Shown: positions 1 to 9,208 of the stretch, one piece after another
Layout: the number at the start of each line of letters is the position of its first letter
How positions within the stretch are numbered: the first letter of the stretch is position 1
NCBI GenBank assembly: GCA_031364845.1
Contig: JANLWX010000126.1
Span: 1-35,480 of the forward strand
Direction: 5' to 3'
Length of the DNA stretch: 35,480 bases
From: Candidatus Eiseniibacteriota bacterium
Lineage (GTDB): Bacteria > Eisenbacteria > RBG-16-71-46
Made by a program: the position numbers and the translations under genes
Notes under the pieces: model-generated
Database searches by the model: none
The model's input: only the letters and a program-made list of their open reading frames with translations
What the model was told of the DNA's origin: nothing

Positions 1-141
1 AGCTGTTCGACTACATCGAGGTATTCTTCAACCAGCGTCGTCGGCACTCGACGATCGGCCAGGTCAGCCCCGCCGCGTTCGAGAAGGAGTGGGCGACTCA
101 GGCGGCGTAATCAAACCGTCCACGAAAGTGGGCCAAGCTCA
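1..141 (+). mobile_element. Right end of IS3-family insertion sequence, terminal IR ~111-141
   Basis: After the transposase stop: TCAAACCGTCCACGAAAGTGGGCCAAGCTCA, ending in CA (reverse complement starts TG) as IS3 ends do. Left end is outside the window. Confidence 0.75.
3..110 (+). CDS. IS3-family transposase OrfB, C-terminal fragment (5' truncated by window edge)
   Basis: Frame from nt 3 reads LFDYIEVFFNQRRRHSTIGQVSPAAFEKEWATQAA*, matching the IS3 OrfB C-terminal motif YIExFYNxxRxHSxLGxxSP. Not in the ORF track. Confidence 0.9.
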   Translation: MFDYIEVFFNQRRRHSTIGQVSPAAFEKEWATQAA

Positions 142-277
142 TGGCGCTCCGCTGGGAACGAAGCCATCTCGGATAGCCCGAACGCCACAGGCGGGCGCGT
201 CGAGCGTCTGAGTGAGACCCCGATCGCGCCGCCATCTTGAAGGGCGGATCCGGATGCAGCGTGCTAGGGCTGACCGC

Positions 278-307
278 TTGACGGTTCGCACGCGGGAGGG
301 GCATGCT
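278..307 (+). promoter_or_regulatory. Possible sigma70-type promoter for the metal cluster
   Basis: TTGACG (278-283), 18 nt spacer, CATGCT (302-307). Alternatively GGGAGG (294-299) is the RBS for ATG 303. Confidence 0.3.
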
Positions 308-362
308 CACATCGACGCGTTACTTGTCACACCGTCGGTCCGATTCCCAACAAAGGCTTCCT

Positions 363-818
363 GTGCAATCACGAATCACCTCGTTCATGGCCGCCTTGAT
401 CGCGCTCTCCATGGTGGTCTTTGGGCAGGTTTGCGCGTTGAGCACACTCGTCAGCCTTTCGGACGCTATGGCCTCCGAGGTGTCGATCGAAGGGCAGTCC
501 GGTGAATCTGCCGGGCACCAGGGCTGCTCTTCTGAGACCTGCGGCGGTGACCGTAAGAAGAGTGGGGGGCCTTGCCCCAGCGGTGCGGCCATGTGCTGCT
601 CGACCTGGGCCCCGCCCAGCGGCCGCCTGGAGTTGACCCAACCCGCGCTTCTCCGCCTGCCTTTGAACGACTTCTCGGTTGATCACTCAGGCCTCAACTC
701 AGTCGAAGATCGAGCCGCGGAGGTGGCTCTCTTCGAATTTGATCGACCACCTGGCACATCGGGCGACCCCCTTCTCACCTCCTCGCTGTCCCGGCGCGGT
801 CCACCCGCGTCCTCCTGA
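363..818 (+). CDS. Cys-containing exported leader protein with C-terminal RGPP motif (DUF2946/CruR/CutF-like)
   Basis: Hydrophobic N-terminus (RITSFMAALIALSMVVFGQVCALS), Cys cluster (HQGCSSETC...PCPSGAAMCCS), C-terminus ...FDRPPG...SRRGPPASS*; first gene of the metal cluster. Start uncertain (ATG 303, GTG 363, ATG 387). Confidence 0.65.
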   Translation: MQSRITSFMAALIALSMVVFGQVCALSTLVSLSDAMASEVSIEGQSGESAGHQGCSSETCGGDRKKSGGPCPSGAAMCCSTWAPPSGRLELTQPALLRLPLNDFSVDHSGLNSVEDRAAEVALFEFDRPPGTSGDPLLTSSLSRRGPPASS

Positions 819-988
819 GCGGTCGGGCTGAAGCAGCGCTTGCGCTGGCTACAGCCGCCTTGCCCATGATGCAGTACTCCACGGGCGAAGCCCTGACCGT
901 CTGATCGACTCGTATCTCCGAGGCGTATCGAGTACGGCTCCACGGCTGTGCCACGTCTACTTCTCCTTGTGAATGAATGGAGGGCCAG

Positions 989-1456
989 ATGCATTTCCCG
1001 AAGGGATATTTCGCGCTCGCATTTATGGCGATCGCTCTTGTTGCAGGTTGCAGCCAGAAGCAGGAGACGACCCCCTCAACGACCGATACACCGCCGGCTG
1101 CAACTGCAGTGCCGGCCCCAGAACCTGCAGCGGCGGGCGCCCCCACCTGGGTCGCACAACTGCGCCAGAAGGAGATGGCGCTCGGACAATCGATCGATCA
1201 AGGCAAATTGGGCGACGTTCACGATCAGTCCGTCGAGCTCAACACGCTCCTGAAGCCGGTTTCAGAACAAGCCGCAAGTCTCCGGGCTGACCAGCAGCAG
1301 CAGCTCAATGAACACCTGAGCGCGGCCACCCGTAAGGCGGACGAACTCCATGCCGCTGGCGATGCCGGGGACCTCACCAAGGCAAAAGCCAAGTTCATCG
1401 AACTCCAGACCCACCTGCGTGCGATCGAGGGAGTCTTCGGTGTTGCGACACCGTAA
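989..1456 (+). CDS. Lipoprotein with Pro/Thr/Ala linker and His-containing helical domain
   Basis: GGAGG at 979-983 before ATG 989; lipobox LVAG|C; helical C-terminal part with VHD, EHL, ELHAAGDAGD, THL. Confidence 0.8.
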   Translation: MHFPKGYFALAFMAIALVAGCSQKQETTPSTTDTPPAATAVPAPEPAAAGAPTWVAQLRQKEMALGQSIDQGKLGDVHDQSVELNTLLKPVSEQAASLRADQQQQLNEHLSAATRKADELHAAGDAGDLTKAKAKFIELQTHLRAIEGVFGVATP

Positions 1457-2750
1457 GCAATTTACTCTGCTCGCCCTATCCATAACGCTCCTCGTACAAG
1501 ACCACGCGGCTCTGGCGCAGGTTGATTCCTTGCGCTTGAGCCGCAGCGGAGCGCGGGAACGAGCGCTGGCGCACTCGACGGAAATGGAGCGACGCTCCGC
1601 GGCTCGGGGAGAGGCGCGTAAACTCGCAGGACTGCCGTATCTGCACAATCCGGAGATCTCAGTCGAGATCGAGGGGACACCTGCGCCCTGGTCAGGCACG
1701 GACTTCACGCGCCGAATCGTCCTCGAGCAGGAGTTCGATCTGCGTGGCGAACGGCGGGCCAGAATCCAGTTGGGGAACGCCACGACTGCTGTCGTTGACC
1801 GGGAGTTCGGAGCGCGGGCGCAGGAGATCTCGGCGGAAGTCGATCAGGCTTACAGTCGACACCTCGTGGCACGGCGAAAAGCATTGTTGCTCGAGCCACT
1901 GCGAGAACGCGCCCGTAATCTGCGCTCGAAGGCCGAGAGCGCGCGACGCAGAGAGACCCTGACCGGTTTCGACGCGCGGCTTCTGCGATCCGAAGCGTTG
2001 AGCCTCGAGGCGGACTGGCTCGATGCTCGCCGTGAGTTGGACATCGCCGAGGCCGAGCTTCGGACAGGGCTTGCACTCTCGCCCGATTCGGCTCTGTCCC
2101 TGCAGGATGATCTCGACGAGAGATGGTGGGGTTGCGACATCGACTCCGCGTTGGCTCTGGCGCGCCGGACGCGATGGACGCTGACGCGTGCCGCCGCCGC
2201 CGAGTCGCTGGCACTTGCGCGGCTGACGCTCGAACAACGCCTCGGCCGCGTCAACCCGACACTGGGTGCTTCGATCGGCCGTGAACGGCTCGCGTTGGAA
2301 CTCGACGGCGCGGGTTCTATCAGCGACGAGGGCACATTCGTGGGGGTCCACCTGCGAGTTCCGCTTCCAATCTTCGGGCAGAACTCGGCCGGAATGGGCG
2401 AGGCTCGACTCGAATTCCAGCGCGCTATGGCCGAGCGCGCCGCAGTCGAGCGCGAGGTACAACAGGAGGTGGCTGTGGCGTGCGCGGGGCTGAACCGAGT
2501 CCAAGAAGAACACAAGCTGCGAAGCGAGGCGGCCGAGTCGGCCGGGCCAGATCTTCGGCTCATCGAGGCCGCCTACGAAGACGGTCGCATTCCGCTCGAT
2601 GAGTACCTGACGCTTCGCGAACGGCTCGTCCGCCAGCAAGTAGCACTACTCGATGTGCTGGGGGCACTCGAGGAACAGCGGGCTCGACTCGTCCGGGCGA
2701 CGGGTGTGCCGCGAGCCGATCTCGCTCGGCGATGGGGTGGCGAACGATGA
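1440..2750 (+). CDS. TolC/CzcC-family outer membrane efflux protein
   Basis: GTG 1440 after GAGGGAG gives a signal peptide; OEP-like motifs (NPEISV, LEQEFDLRGERRAR, LRVPLPIFGQN, AYEDGRIPLDEYL); ATGA overlap with next gene. Confidence 0.88.
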   Translation: MLRHRKQFTLLALSITLLVQDHAALAQVDSLRLSRSGARERALAHSTEMERRSAARGEARKLAGLPYLHNPEISVEIEGTPAPWSGTDFTRRIVLEQEFDLRGERRARIQLGNATTAVVDREFGARAQEISAEVDQAYSRHLVARRKALLLEPLRERARNLRSKAESARRRETLTGFDARLLRSEALSLEADWLDARRELDIAEAELRTGLALSPDSALSLQDDLDERWWGCDIDSALALARRTRWTLTRAAAAESLALARLTLEQRLGRVNPTLGASIGRERLALELDGAGSISDEGTFVGVHLRVPLPIFGQNSAGMGEARLEFQRAMAERAAVEREVQQEVAVACAGLNRVQEEHKLRSEAAESAGPDLRLIEAAYEDGRIPLDEYLTLRERLVRQQVALLDVLGALEEQRARLVRATGVPRADLARRWGGER

Positions 2751-4285
2751 ATGCGCGTGTCTGCTTCTTGTCATTGTTGATTTTCCTGGGTGTCCTTGCA
2801 TGGACGCCCGCGTGGTCCCACGAAGGGCACGATCATGGCGCGCCTGAGCCGGTCAACGCGGATCCCAGCCTCGTCGTTCGATCGGCTTCGAACGATGACT
2901 ACGAAGTGGTGCTGAAGTACCGCAGCGTCCGCGGGCAGAAGTCGACGACGGTGATTGTGTATGTCAGCGACTTCGCGACCAACGCTCCGCTCGATCAGGC
3001 GCGAGTCGCCTTGCGCACGACGGCACCGCGGCAGGTGACCGCCACCGCGACCGCCGCATCCTCTGGTATCTACGAGGCAGTGCTGCCATTCGAACAAGCC
3101 GGCCGATACACGTTGATCCTGGCGATTGGCACTTCGCCCGCTGCGGAGTTCGCGTTCCAGGACTTGCCGATGGGTGAGGAGATGGTGACCGCGAGGGGAA
3201 CCGCGAGCACCGCACGTCCCTGGCCCGCGTGGTGGTGGATCGGGACGGCCGTGCTCGCACTCGCGATCCTCGCGCTCGTGTTGCGACGCCGTGCGCTTCG
3301 CCCGGTAGCCCGAACCGCACTCACACTTCTGTTTGTCGGTGGGGGCTCAACACTCCCGGCGCAGAACGCACCCGCGGACGAAAGTCATCCGCATCCCGAA
3401 CAGAACACATCCATCCCGGTGCAGACGCGATATATGCCCAAGGAGTCCCAGTTCTTCCTGGGAGTGCGAACGATCGTGGCGCAGTCCGAGTCGCTGCGAG
3501 CCCGCATCAACGCGGTTGGACATGTCGTCCCCGAAAGTGGCGCTTTGGCCAGTGTCGAAGCGCCGCGCGATGGCAAGCTCGAAGCGGTGGGACATCGGCT
3601 GTCGGTGGGTGATCGCGTCCAGGCAGGGCAGTTGATCGCGAACCTGCTCGTCATCGATCGACTGCCGATCCGTGCGCCGATTTCCGGACTGGTCGCCGAG
3701 GTGAAGTTCTCGGCGGGACAGTGGGTCCAGGCCGGCGATCCGCTGCTCGTGATTCTCGATGAGCGTCAGGTGCGGGTTGAGTTGCCGCTGTTCGGTGAGA
3801 ATCTCAACCAGGCGCTACGAACCCGCAAAGCGACGATCACCTCGAGCGCTCTTCCCGGTATGCTGTTTCCCGCACGGGTTCGTGGACTGGCTCCGACCGC
3901 TCCTGAACCCACCCGCGAAACCGAGACCCTCGCCGGCAGCCCGATTCCTCCAGTCCTGCTCACCGTGACGAATCGAGGTGGCATGTTGCGGCCCGGCATG
4001 CTGGTTGAAGCCAGTCTGGAGTTGCCGACGGCCATGGAGCTCATAGCGGTTCCGGAATCGGCCGTGATCCAGCAGGAGAGCGGATCGAGCGTCTTTGTAC
4101 ACACGGCGGCCGAAGTGTTCGAACAGCGGCCGGTTCACGTGGTCGGCCGCTACGGCAATCGGATCGGGCTATCGGGCGGGGTTCGCCCGGGAGATCGGAT
4201 CGTCGTGGAAGGAGCGCAGTCGCTGGTGTCGGCCCCTCAGGTGAAGGTCAGCGCCAGCCCTGATTCCGGGAAGGCCGCGCGATGA
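2747..4285 (+). CDS. RND efflux periplasmic adaptor (CzcB/CusB-like) with N-terminal His-rich and Ig-like extension
   Basis: Lipoyl-like halves (VGDRVQAGQLIA; IRAPISGLV..GQWVQAGDPL), LRPGM, AVPESAV, GVRPGDRIVVEGA; N-terminal HEGHDH; ATGA overlaps on both sides. Confidence 0.88.
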   Translation: MNARVCFLSLLIFLGVLAWTPAWSHEGHDHGAPEPVNADPSLVVRSASNDDYEVVLKYRSVRGQKSTTVIVYVSDFATNAPLDQARVALRTTAPRQVTATATAASSGIYEAVLPFEQAGRYTLILAIGTSPAAEFAFQDLPMGEEMVTARGTASTARPWPAWWWIGTAVLALAILALVLRRRALRPVARTALTLLFVGGGSTLPAQNAPADESHPHPEQNTSIPVQTRYMPKESQFFLGVRTIVAQSESLRARINAVGHVVPESGALASVEAPRDGKLEAVGHRLSVGDRVQAGQLIANLLVIDRLPIRAPISGLVAEVKFSAGQWVQAGDPLLVILDERQVRVELPLFGENLNQALRTRKATITSSALPGMLFPARVRGLAPTAPEPTRETETLAGSPIPPVLLTVTNRGGMLRPGMLVEASLELPTAMELIAVPESAVIQQESGSSVFVHTAAEVFEQRPVHVVGRYGNRIGLSGGVRPGDRIVVEGAQSLVSAPQVKVSASPDSGKAAR

Positions 4286-7200
4286 TCAATGCGATCCTGC
4301 GCGCCTCTCTGAATGGACGCATGCTGGTGCTGGTCGCCGCCGGGCTCTTGACGATTTACGGCCTGTGGACCACCACGCGTTTACCCGTCGACGTCTTCCC
4401 CGATCTCAACCGACCGACCGTTACCATTCTCACCGAAGCCGCCGGGCTCGCCCCGGAAGAGGTTGAAGCGCTCGTCACACGGCCGATCGAAACGGCCATG
4501 AACGGAGCGCCGGGCGTGGAGCGTGTGCGTTCGACTTCCGCGGTGGGCCTTTCGATCGTGTATGTCGAGTTCGCCTGGGGCACGGACGTCTATCGTGATC
4601 GCCAGCTGGTAAGCGAACGACTCCAGCTCGTGCGCGAGCAACTTCCCGGGACGGCCGAGGCCACGATGGGTCCGGTCTCATCGATCATGGGAGAGATCGC
4701 ACTGATCGGCGTCGAGAGTCCCAAGGGATCGATCCCGCCCTTCGATCTGCGCACGATTGCGGAGCAGGTCATCGGCCGGCGGCTGTTGACGATTGCCGGA
4801 GTTTCCCAGGTGATCGCGATCGGTGGCGGACTCAAGCAGTACCTGGTCGAGCCGAAGCCCGAGCAGATGGCGGAGGCAGACGTGACGTTACAGGAAGTCG
4901 TCGAGTCCGTGGAGCGGGCGAACATCAACACCACCGGAGGCTTTGTCAGTCAGGGCGGCCGGGAACTCGTGGTTCGCAACGTCGGTCGCACGATGGATCC
5001 GCGCGAACTCGGCGCGACTCCGGTTGGGACCTTTCGCAATGGCGTACCGATCCCCCTGGCGGCGGTCGCTGACGTAAGTATTGGCACTGCACCGAAGCGG
5101 GGAGATGCCGGCGTCAACGGCAAACCCGCCGTTATTCTGATGGTGCAGAAGCAGCCGGGCACCGATACCGTCGAACTCACGGAAAAGATCGAGCGGGCAT
5201 TGGCCCAGCTCCATCCGTCCTTGCCCGCTGACGTAGAAACTCGCGTCCTGTTTCGGCAGGCGACGTTCATTGAAGCCTCGATCCACAATGTCGAAGCAGC
5301 GCTACGCGACGGCGCCATCCTGGTCACCATCGTCCTCTTCATCTTCCTGCTCAACTTCCGCACAACGGCCATCACCCTGACTGCGATTCCGATCTCGCTC
5401 GTGGTGACGGCGATCGTCATGCATTTTCTGGGTCAGAGCATCAACACCATGACGCTCGGCGGCATTGCCATCGCGATGGGTGAGCTCGTCGACGATGCCA
5501 TCGTCGACGTGGAGAACGTGTTCCGGCGATTGCGGGAGAACCGCGCCAAAGCCGACCCGCGTCCCGCGCTCCAGGTCGTCTTCGACGCCTCCTCGGAAGT
5601 CCGCACCTCGATCGTCTATGCGACGATTCTCGTAATCCTCGTGTTCCTCCCGTTGTTTGCCCTCAGTGGAATCGAAGGTCGTTTGTTCACACCGCTCGGG
5701 ATGGCCTATGTCATCGCAATCTCGGCTTCATTCGTTGTCTCGATCACCGTGACGCCGGCACTCTGTCTATTGCTATTGCCCCATGCCAAGGCCACCGAAC
5801 GAGGCGATGGGGCATTCGTACGACGGCTGAAGCGCCTCGACCAGCGCTTGCTCGTGCGGGTGCTCGCGCATCCCAAGCCGGTGGTCATCGGCGCCGCGAT
5901 CGCGGTTCTGGCTGCGATCTCGGTGGTTCCGTTTCTTGGGCGCGAATTCCTGCCGCCCTTCAACGAAGGTACCGCCACCATCAATGTGCTGGCGTCGCCC
6001 GGCACCTCGCTCGAGCAATCGAACCGGATCGGGCAGATGGCGGAGCGGCTGCTCCTGCAGATCCCCGAGGTGGTTTCGACCGGCCGGAGAACGGGCCGAG
6101 CGGAGCGGGACGAACATGCCGAGGGTGTTCATTACACCGAGCTCGATGTCGACTTCAAGCCGTCGCGGCGCTCGCGAGAAGTGATCCTCGCCGACATTCG
6201 CGAGCGTCTTGCCATTCTCTCCGGGGTGTCTGTCAGCCTAGGGCAACCCATCTCACATCGGCTCGACCACCTGCTCTCGGGCGTGCGCGCCCAGATCGCG
6301 ATCAAAGTCTTCGGTGAGGATCTCGGCACCCTGCGTCAAATGGCTTCCGAGGTGGAGGCGGCAATCGCCGACGTTCCGGGCGTGGTGGATCTCCAGACCG
6401 AGCGGCAGGTGCTCGTACCACAGCTGCAGGTTCGAGTCGACCGCGAGCGGGCGGCCATGTACGGCCTTCAGGCCGGAGCGTTGAACGAGTGGTTGGAGAC
6501 TGCTCTGGCCGGTCGGACGGTCGGTCAGGTGCTGGAAGGGCAGTTCGGATATGACCTGGTGGTGCGGCTGGCTGAAGGACAGCGCGGCCGGCCCGATGCG
6601 ATCCGTAACCTTCTGGTTGACACGCCCAGCGGCGCAAGAGTCCCGCTCCAGGCGGTGGCAGACATCCAGGAGGCCTGGGGGCCAAATCAAATCCAGCACG
6701 AAGACGTCCAGCGGCGGATCGTGGTCTCGGCCAATGTCTCAGGACGCGACCTTGGCGCTGTCGTCCGCGAACTCGAGGCGCGGGTGGCCGAGCGCGTGCA
6801 ACTCCCGCCGGGGTATTACCTCAGTTTTGGCGGTCAGTTCGAGAGCCAGCGATCGGCAAGCCGGGTGCTGGCGCTGCTTTCCCTGCTCTCGTTCGCGGCG
6901 ATGTTCACGGTCCTCTATGCGCACTTCCGTTCGTGGCGGATCGTCCTCCAGATCCTCATCAACATTCCGATAGCGCTGATCGGCGCGGTACTCGCGGTGC
7001 TGCTCACCGGTGGCGTGTTCTCGATCGCTTCGATGATCGGCTTCATCACGCTCACCGGGATTGCTTCGCGCAACACCATCATGATGATCTCGCACTACAT
7101 CCATCTCATGCGCTACGAAGGCGAGCACTTCACCAAGGACATGATCGTTCGCGGATCGCTGGAGCGATTGGTCCCGGTGCTCATGACGGCCCTGACCGCC

Positions 7201-7410
7201 GGTCTGGCGCTCGTGCCGCTCGTGCTTTCCAAAGGACAACCGGGAAAGGAAATCCTGTACCCGGTCGCGACCGTGATTCTGGGCGGTCTGCTCACGACGA
7301 CGATCCTCGACATGCTGGTCACGCCGGCGGTCTTCTGGATGTTCGGGCGACCGGCGGCGGAACAGGCCATCAGGGGACATGTCGCCGAAGCGCCGCAGGA
7401 TGCGGCATGA
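4282..7410 (+). CDS. CusA/CzcA-family heavy-metal efflux RND permease
   Basis: 1042 aa; LPVDVFPDL, APEEVEALVTRPIE, TM4 GELVDDAIVDVEN, EFLPPFNEG, RLVPVLMTALT. Confidence 0.95.
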   Translation: MINAILRASLNGRMLVLVAAGLLTIYGLWTTTRLPVDVFPDLNRPTVTILTEAAGLAPEEVEALVTRPIETAMNGAPGVERVRSTSAVGLSIVYVEFAWGTDVYRDRQLVSERLQLVREQLPGTAEATMGPVSSIMGEIALIGVESPKGSIPPFDLRTIAEQVIGRRLLTIAGVSQVIAIGGGLKQYLVEPKPEQMAEADVTLQEVVESVERANINTTGGFVSQGGRELVVRNVGRTMDPRELGATPVGTFRNGVPIPLAAVADVSIGTAPKRGDAGVNGKPAVILMVQKQPGTDTVELTEKIERALAQLHPSLPADVETRVLFRQATFIEASIHNVEAALRDGAILVTIVLFIFLLNFRTTAITLTAIPISLVVTAIVMHFLGQSINTMTLGGIAIAMGELVDDAIVDVENVFRRLRENRAKADPRPALQVVFDASSEVRTSIVYATILVILVFLPLFALSGIEGRLFTPLGMAYVIAISASFVVSITVTPALCLLLLPHAKATERGDGAFVRRLKRLDQRLLVRVLAHPKPVVIGAAIAVLAAISVVPFLGREFLPPFNEGTATINVLASPGTSLEQSNRIGQMAERLLLQIPEVVSTGRRTGRAERDEHAEGVHYTELDVDFKPSRRSREVILADIRERLAILSGVSVSLGQPISHRLDHLLSGVRAQIAIKVFGEDLGTLRQMASEVEAAIADVPGVVDLQTERQVLVPQLQVRVDRERAAMYGLQAGALNEWLETALAGRTVGQVLEGQFGYDLVVRLAEGQRGRPDAIRNLLVDTPSGARVPLQAVADIQEAWGPNQIQHEDVQRRIVVSANVSGRDLGAVVRELEARVAERVQLPPGYYLSFGGQFESQRSASRVLALLSLLSFAAMFTVLYAHFRSWRIVLQILINIPIALIGAVLAVLLTGGVFSIASMIGFITLTGIASRNTIMMISHYIHLMRYEGEHFTKDMIVRGSLERLVPVLMTALTAGLALVPLVLSKGQPGKEILYPVATVILGGLLTTTILDMLVTPAVFWMFGRPAAEQAIRGHVAEAPQDAA

Positions 7411-7472
7411 CACAGAGTACAGGTTCAATTCCATCGGACACTCACTTGGCAACCTGTCGGAAGGAGTAAATC

Positions 7473-7949
7473 ATGAAGAACCTTGGACTCGTTCTCCTGG
7501 TTGTAGGGATTGCGGGCACCGCAGCGAGCGCTACGGCCCACGAAGGGCACAAGTCCATCCAGGGCGGCTCGTCCTCCACAGCCGCAGCGGCGGCAGCAGC
7601 AAAGACCGCATCGACACCGGTGCGGACCCATGCGTTGCCCCGCGCCGCAAACGTGCAGAAAGTCAGCCTCACCGGCGAGTTGATCGACACGCAGTGCTGG
7701 TTCACGCACAACGGTGAAGGGAAGACTCATGCGGCGTGCGCGGTGAGGTGCGCGAAAGGCGGTCAAGACCTGGCCTTTCTGGATACGCGCACTGGCGAGG
7801 TGCACGGCTTGATTGCGAGCGGGCACGGCAAGAACCCGAACGACGGTCTCTACGACCACGTGGGAGTGCCGGTGAAGGTGAGTGGCACGCTGTATACACG
7901 AGGCACCAACAGTGGCCTGCTGTTGGAGAACGTCGCACTTGCGAAGTGA
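7473..7949 (+). CDS. Exported hypothetical protein with DxxC...HxxCxxxC motif
   Basis: RBS AAGGAG; signal peptide followed by HEGH; GELIDTQCW...HAACAVRCAKGG; beta-rich C-terminus. Confidence 0.8.
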   Translation: MKNLGLVLLVVGIAGTAASATAHEGHKSIQGGSSSTAAAAAAAKTASTPVRTHALPRAANVQKVSLTGELIDTQCWFTHNGEGKTHAACAVRCAKGGQDLAFLDTRTGEVHGLIASGHGKNPNDGLYDHVGVPVKVSGTLYTRGTNSGLLLENVALAK

Positions 7950-7962
7950 GTCTCGAAGAGAA

Positions 7963-9201
7963 ATGAGGACGGTTCACATGACCCAAGCGCGTCCCTGTCT
8001 GATGATGCTTCTGATGACGGTCATCTGCTCGTTGGTGACCGGCCAGCGGTGCAGCAACGCCGACGAGCGATTGGTGATCCGCGCCATGGGATCGCCGTCC
8101 GGCCTCTCGAGCGCTGAACCGCGCCTGGTTGCCGTCGATGGCGGCGTGGCGATGAGCTGGCTCGAGCGTCGTGGTGCGGGCCATGCCCTCCGGTGGTCCC
8201 GATGGCGCAACGGGCGATGGTCGAACCCGGTGACGATCGCGCAAGGGGATTCGTTCTTCGCCAACTGGGCCGACTTCCCAACCCTTCGCCCCCTGGGCGG
8301 GACTCGGTGGGCGGCGCATTGGCTCTGGAAGAGTGCATCCGACACCTACGCCTATGACGTGCGTATCAGCCAGTCCCAGGATGACGGCCGCACGTGGAGC
8401 CGGCCGATCACACCCCATCGGGACGGAACGCCGACCGAACATGGATTCGTCAGCCTTCTTGCGGAAGAACATGGCGTTCGGGCCGTGTGGCTGGATGGCC
8501 GGAAGTTCGCAGGCCAGAAGGACGGTGACCACTCCGGTGCGGACATGACGGTCCGCACGGCGGTTGTTCATCCCGACGGGCGGATTGCGGACGAGCACGA
8601 ACTGGATGTCCGAAGCTGTGAGTGTTGCGCGACCGCCGCGGTCCGCACGAGCAAGGGCATGCTCGTGGCGTATCGTGATCGCAGCACGGGCGAGATACGG
8701 GACATTGCGCTCACGCGCTATGAGGACGGGCGGTGGACCCAGCCTTACCTCGTCAACGCGGATGGCTGGAAGATTTCCGGGTGTCCGGTCAATGGACCGG
8801 CGATGGATGCCGCCGGGGATCACGTCGCGATCGCGTGGTTCACTGCGGCAGCCGACTCGCCGCGAGTGTACGCCGCCTTTTCCGAAGACGCAGGCCGGCG
8901 GTTCACGCGTCCGATCCGGATTGATGGCGGAGATCCGGCGGGGCGGGTGGGCATTGCGATGATGTCGGACGGAAGCGCCCGGGTCTCCTGGCTCGAGACC
9001 GTGAGCGGGAAAGCCGCGGTCAAAGTACGTCAGGTGTGGAAGACCGGACGGAGCGGTGAATCACAGATCGTCACCGCCATATCCGGCGCTCGAGCCAGCG
9101 GGTTTCCGCAGATTGTGCGCTCGGGAAACGGCATCTGGTTTGCGTGGACGGAGGACGGAACGCAATCCCGAATCCATGTCGCGCGCGCCACAGGCAAGTA
9201 G
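7963..9201 (+). CDS. BNR/Asp-box (sialidase-like) beta-propeller protein with CECC motif
   Basis: Asp-boxes SQDDGRTW and [29 protein letters not shown]; hydrophobic N-terminus. Start 7963 or 7978. Confidence 0.85.
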   Translation: MRTVHMTQARPCLMMLLMTVICSLVTGQRCSNADERLVIRAMGSPSGLSSAEPRLVAVDGGVAMSWLERRGAGHALRWSRWRNGRWSNPVTIAQGDSFFANWADFPTLRPLGGTRWAAHWLWKSASDTYAYDVRISQSQDDGRTWSRPITPHRDGTPTEHGFVSLLAEEHGVRAVWLDGRKFAGQKDGDHSGADMTVRTAVVHPDGRIADEHELDVRSCECCATAAVRTSKGMLVAYRDRSTGEIRDIALTRYEDGRWTQPYLVNADGWKISGCPVNGPAMDAAGDHVAIAWFTAAADSPRVYAAFSEDAGRRFTRPIRIDGGDPAGRVGIAMMSDGSARVSWLETVSGKAAVKVRQVWKTGRSGESQIVTAISGARASGFPQIVRSGNGIWFAWTEDGTQSRIHVARATGK

Positions 9202-9208
9202 GGAGGCC

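Noticed and set aside
190..233. Long GC-rich hairpin between the IS end and the leader ORF
   Set aside because: No recognisable ncRNA or riboswitch motif and no U-tract; cannot be distinguished from chance.
7419..7457. ACAGGTT...AACCTGT inverted repeat after the RND gene
   Set aside because: Short arms with a large loop; no supportable function.
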